A DNA stretch of 43,865 bases from a phage: NCBI GenBank assembly GCA_032298335.1, contig GCA_032298335.1_4702.1, one strand, 5' to 3'. Below the pieces are notes generated by a model that made no database searches, was not told where the DNA came from, and saw nothing but the letters and a program-made list of their open reading frames with translations. Shown here in pieces: positions 43,676-43,865 of this stretch (the first letter of the stretch is position 1; each line of letters begins with the position of its first letter). Position numbers and translations under genes: made by a program.

Positions 43676-43865
43676 TACTTAGTGAGAGGGCTATACATGC
43701 CAAGTGGAAAATTTGATATGTATATGCGTCAAGTGTCTCGCCCTCGCCCTCGCCGGGTTGCCCCCCATAGGGTGGCCTGAGGGAATCCGTCTTCGACGGG
43801 CAGGGCTGATGTACTCCTTGCCTAGTACAAGGGAGGCGGAGGGAACGCCTAGGGAGGCCTAGGAA

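Noticed and set aside
1-43865. tRNA genes, CRISPR arrays, integrase or transposase
   Set aside because: No cloverleaf-like sequence, repeat-spacer array or recombinase motif was seen; the only mobile-element-like genes are the two HNH endonucleases.

Overview
This window reads as a near-complete genome of a T7-supergroup podophage of the SP6/K1-5 type, with every supported gene on the + strand. The order is: left-end repeat region, early genes including an Ocr (gp0.3) anti-restriction homolog, single-subunit RNA polymerase, primase/helicase, DNA polymerase, a block of small unknown genes, exonuclease, endonuclease VII, a metallophosphoesterase, ligase, a GNAT acetyltransferase, then portal, scaffold, capsid, tail tube, internal virion proteins, tail-fibre adaptor, holin, terminase, a lysis cassette and two tailspikes. 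Two paralogous HNH homing endonuclease genes are inserted (after the helicase, and at the right end). About 11 phage-type promoters share the core CACTATAGAAG. I saw no tRNA, rRNA or CRISPR array and no terminal direct repeat. Protein identifications rest on motifs and on sequences recalled from memory (T7 Ocr, T7 gp4/gp5/gp6/gp8/gp10/gp17.5, T4 endonuclease VII, T4 lysozyme, SP6 RNA polymerase); none was checked against a database. The most unusual items are: a recurring 16-bp perfect palindrome in intergenic regions, a candidate replication origin downstream of the polymerase gene, a small very acidic protein in its own promoter-terminator unit, three proteins ending in acidic tails with a terminal aromatic residue, a pair of tandem paralogous small proteins before the endolysin, and an HNH gene whose last codons are a phage promoter. 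I cannot point to one clearly novel multi-gene system; the candidates are listed as findings.
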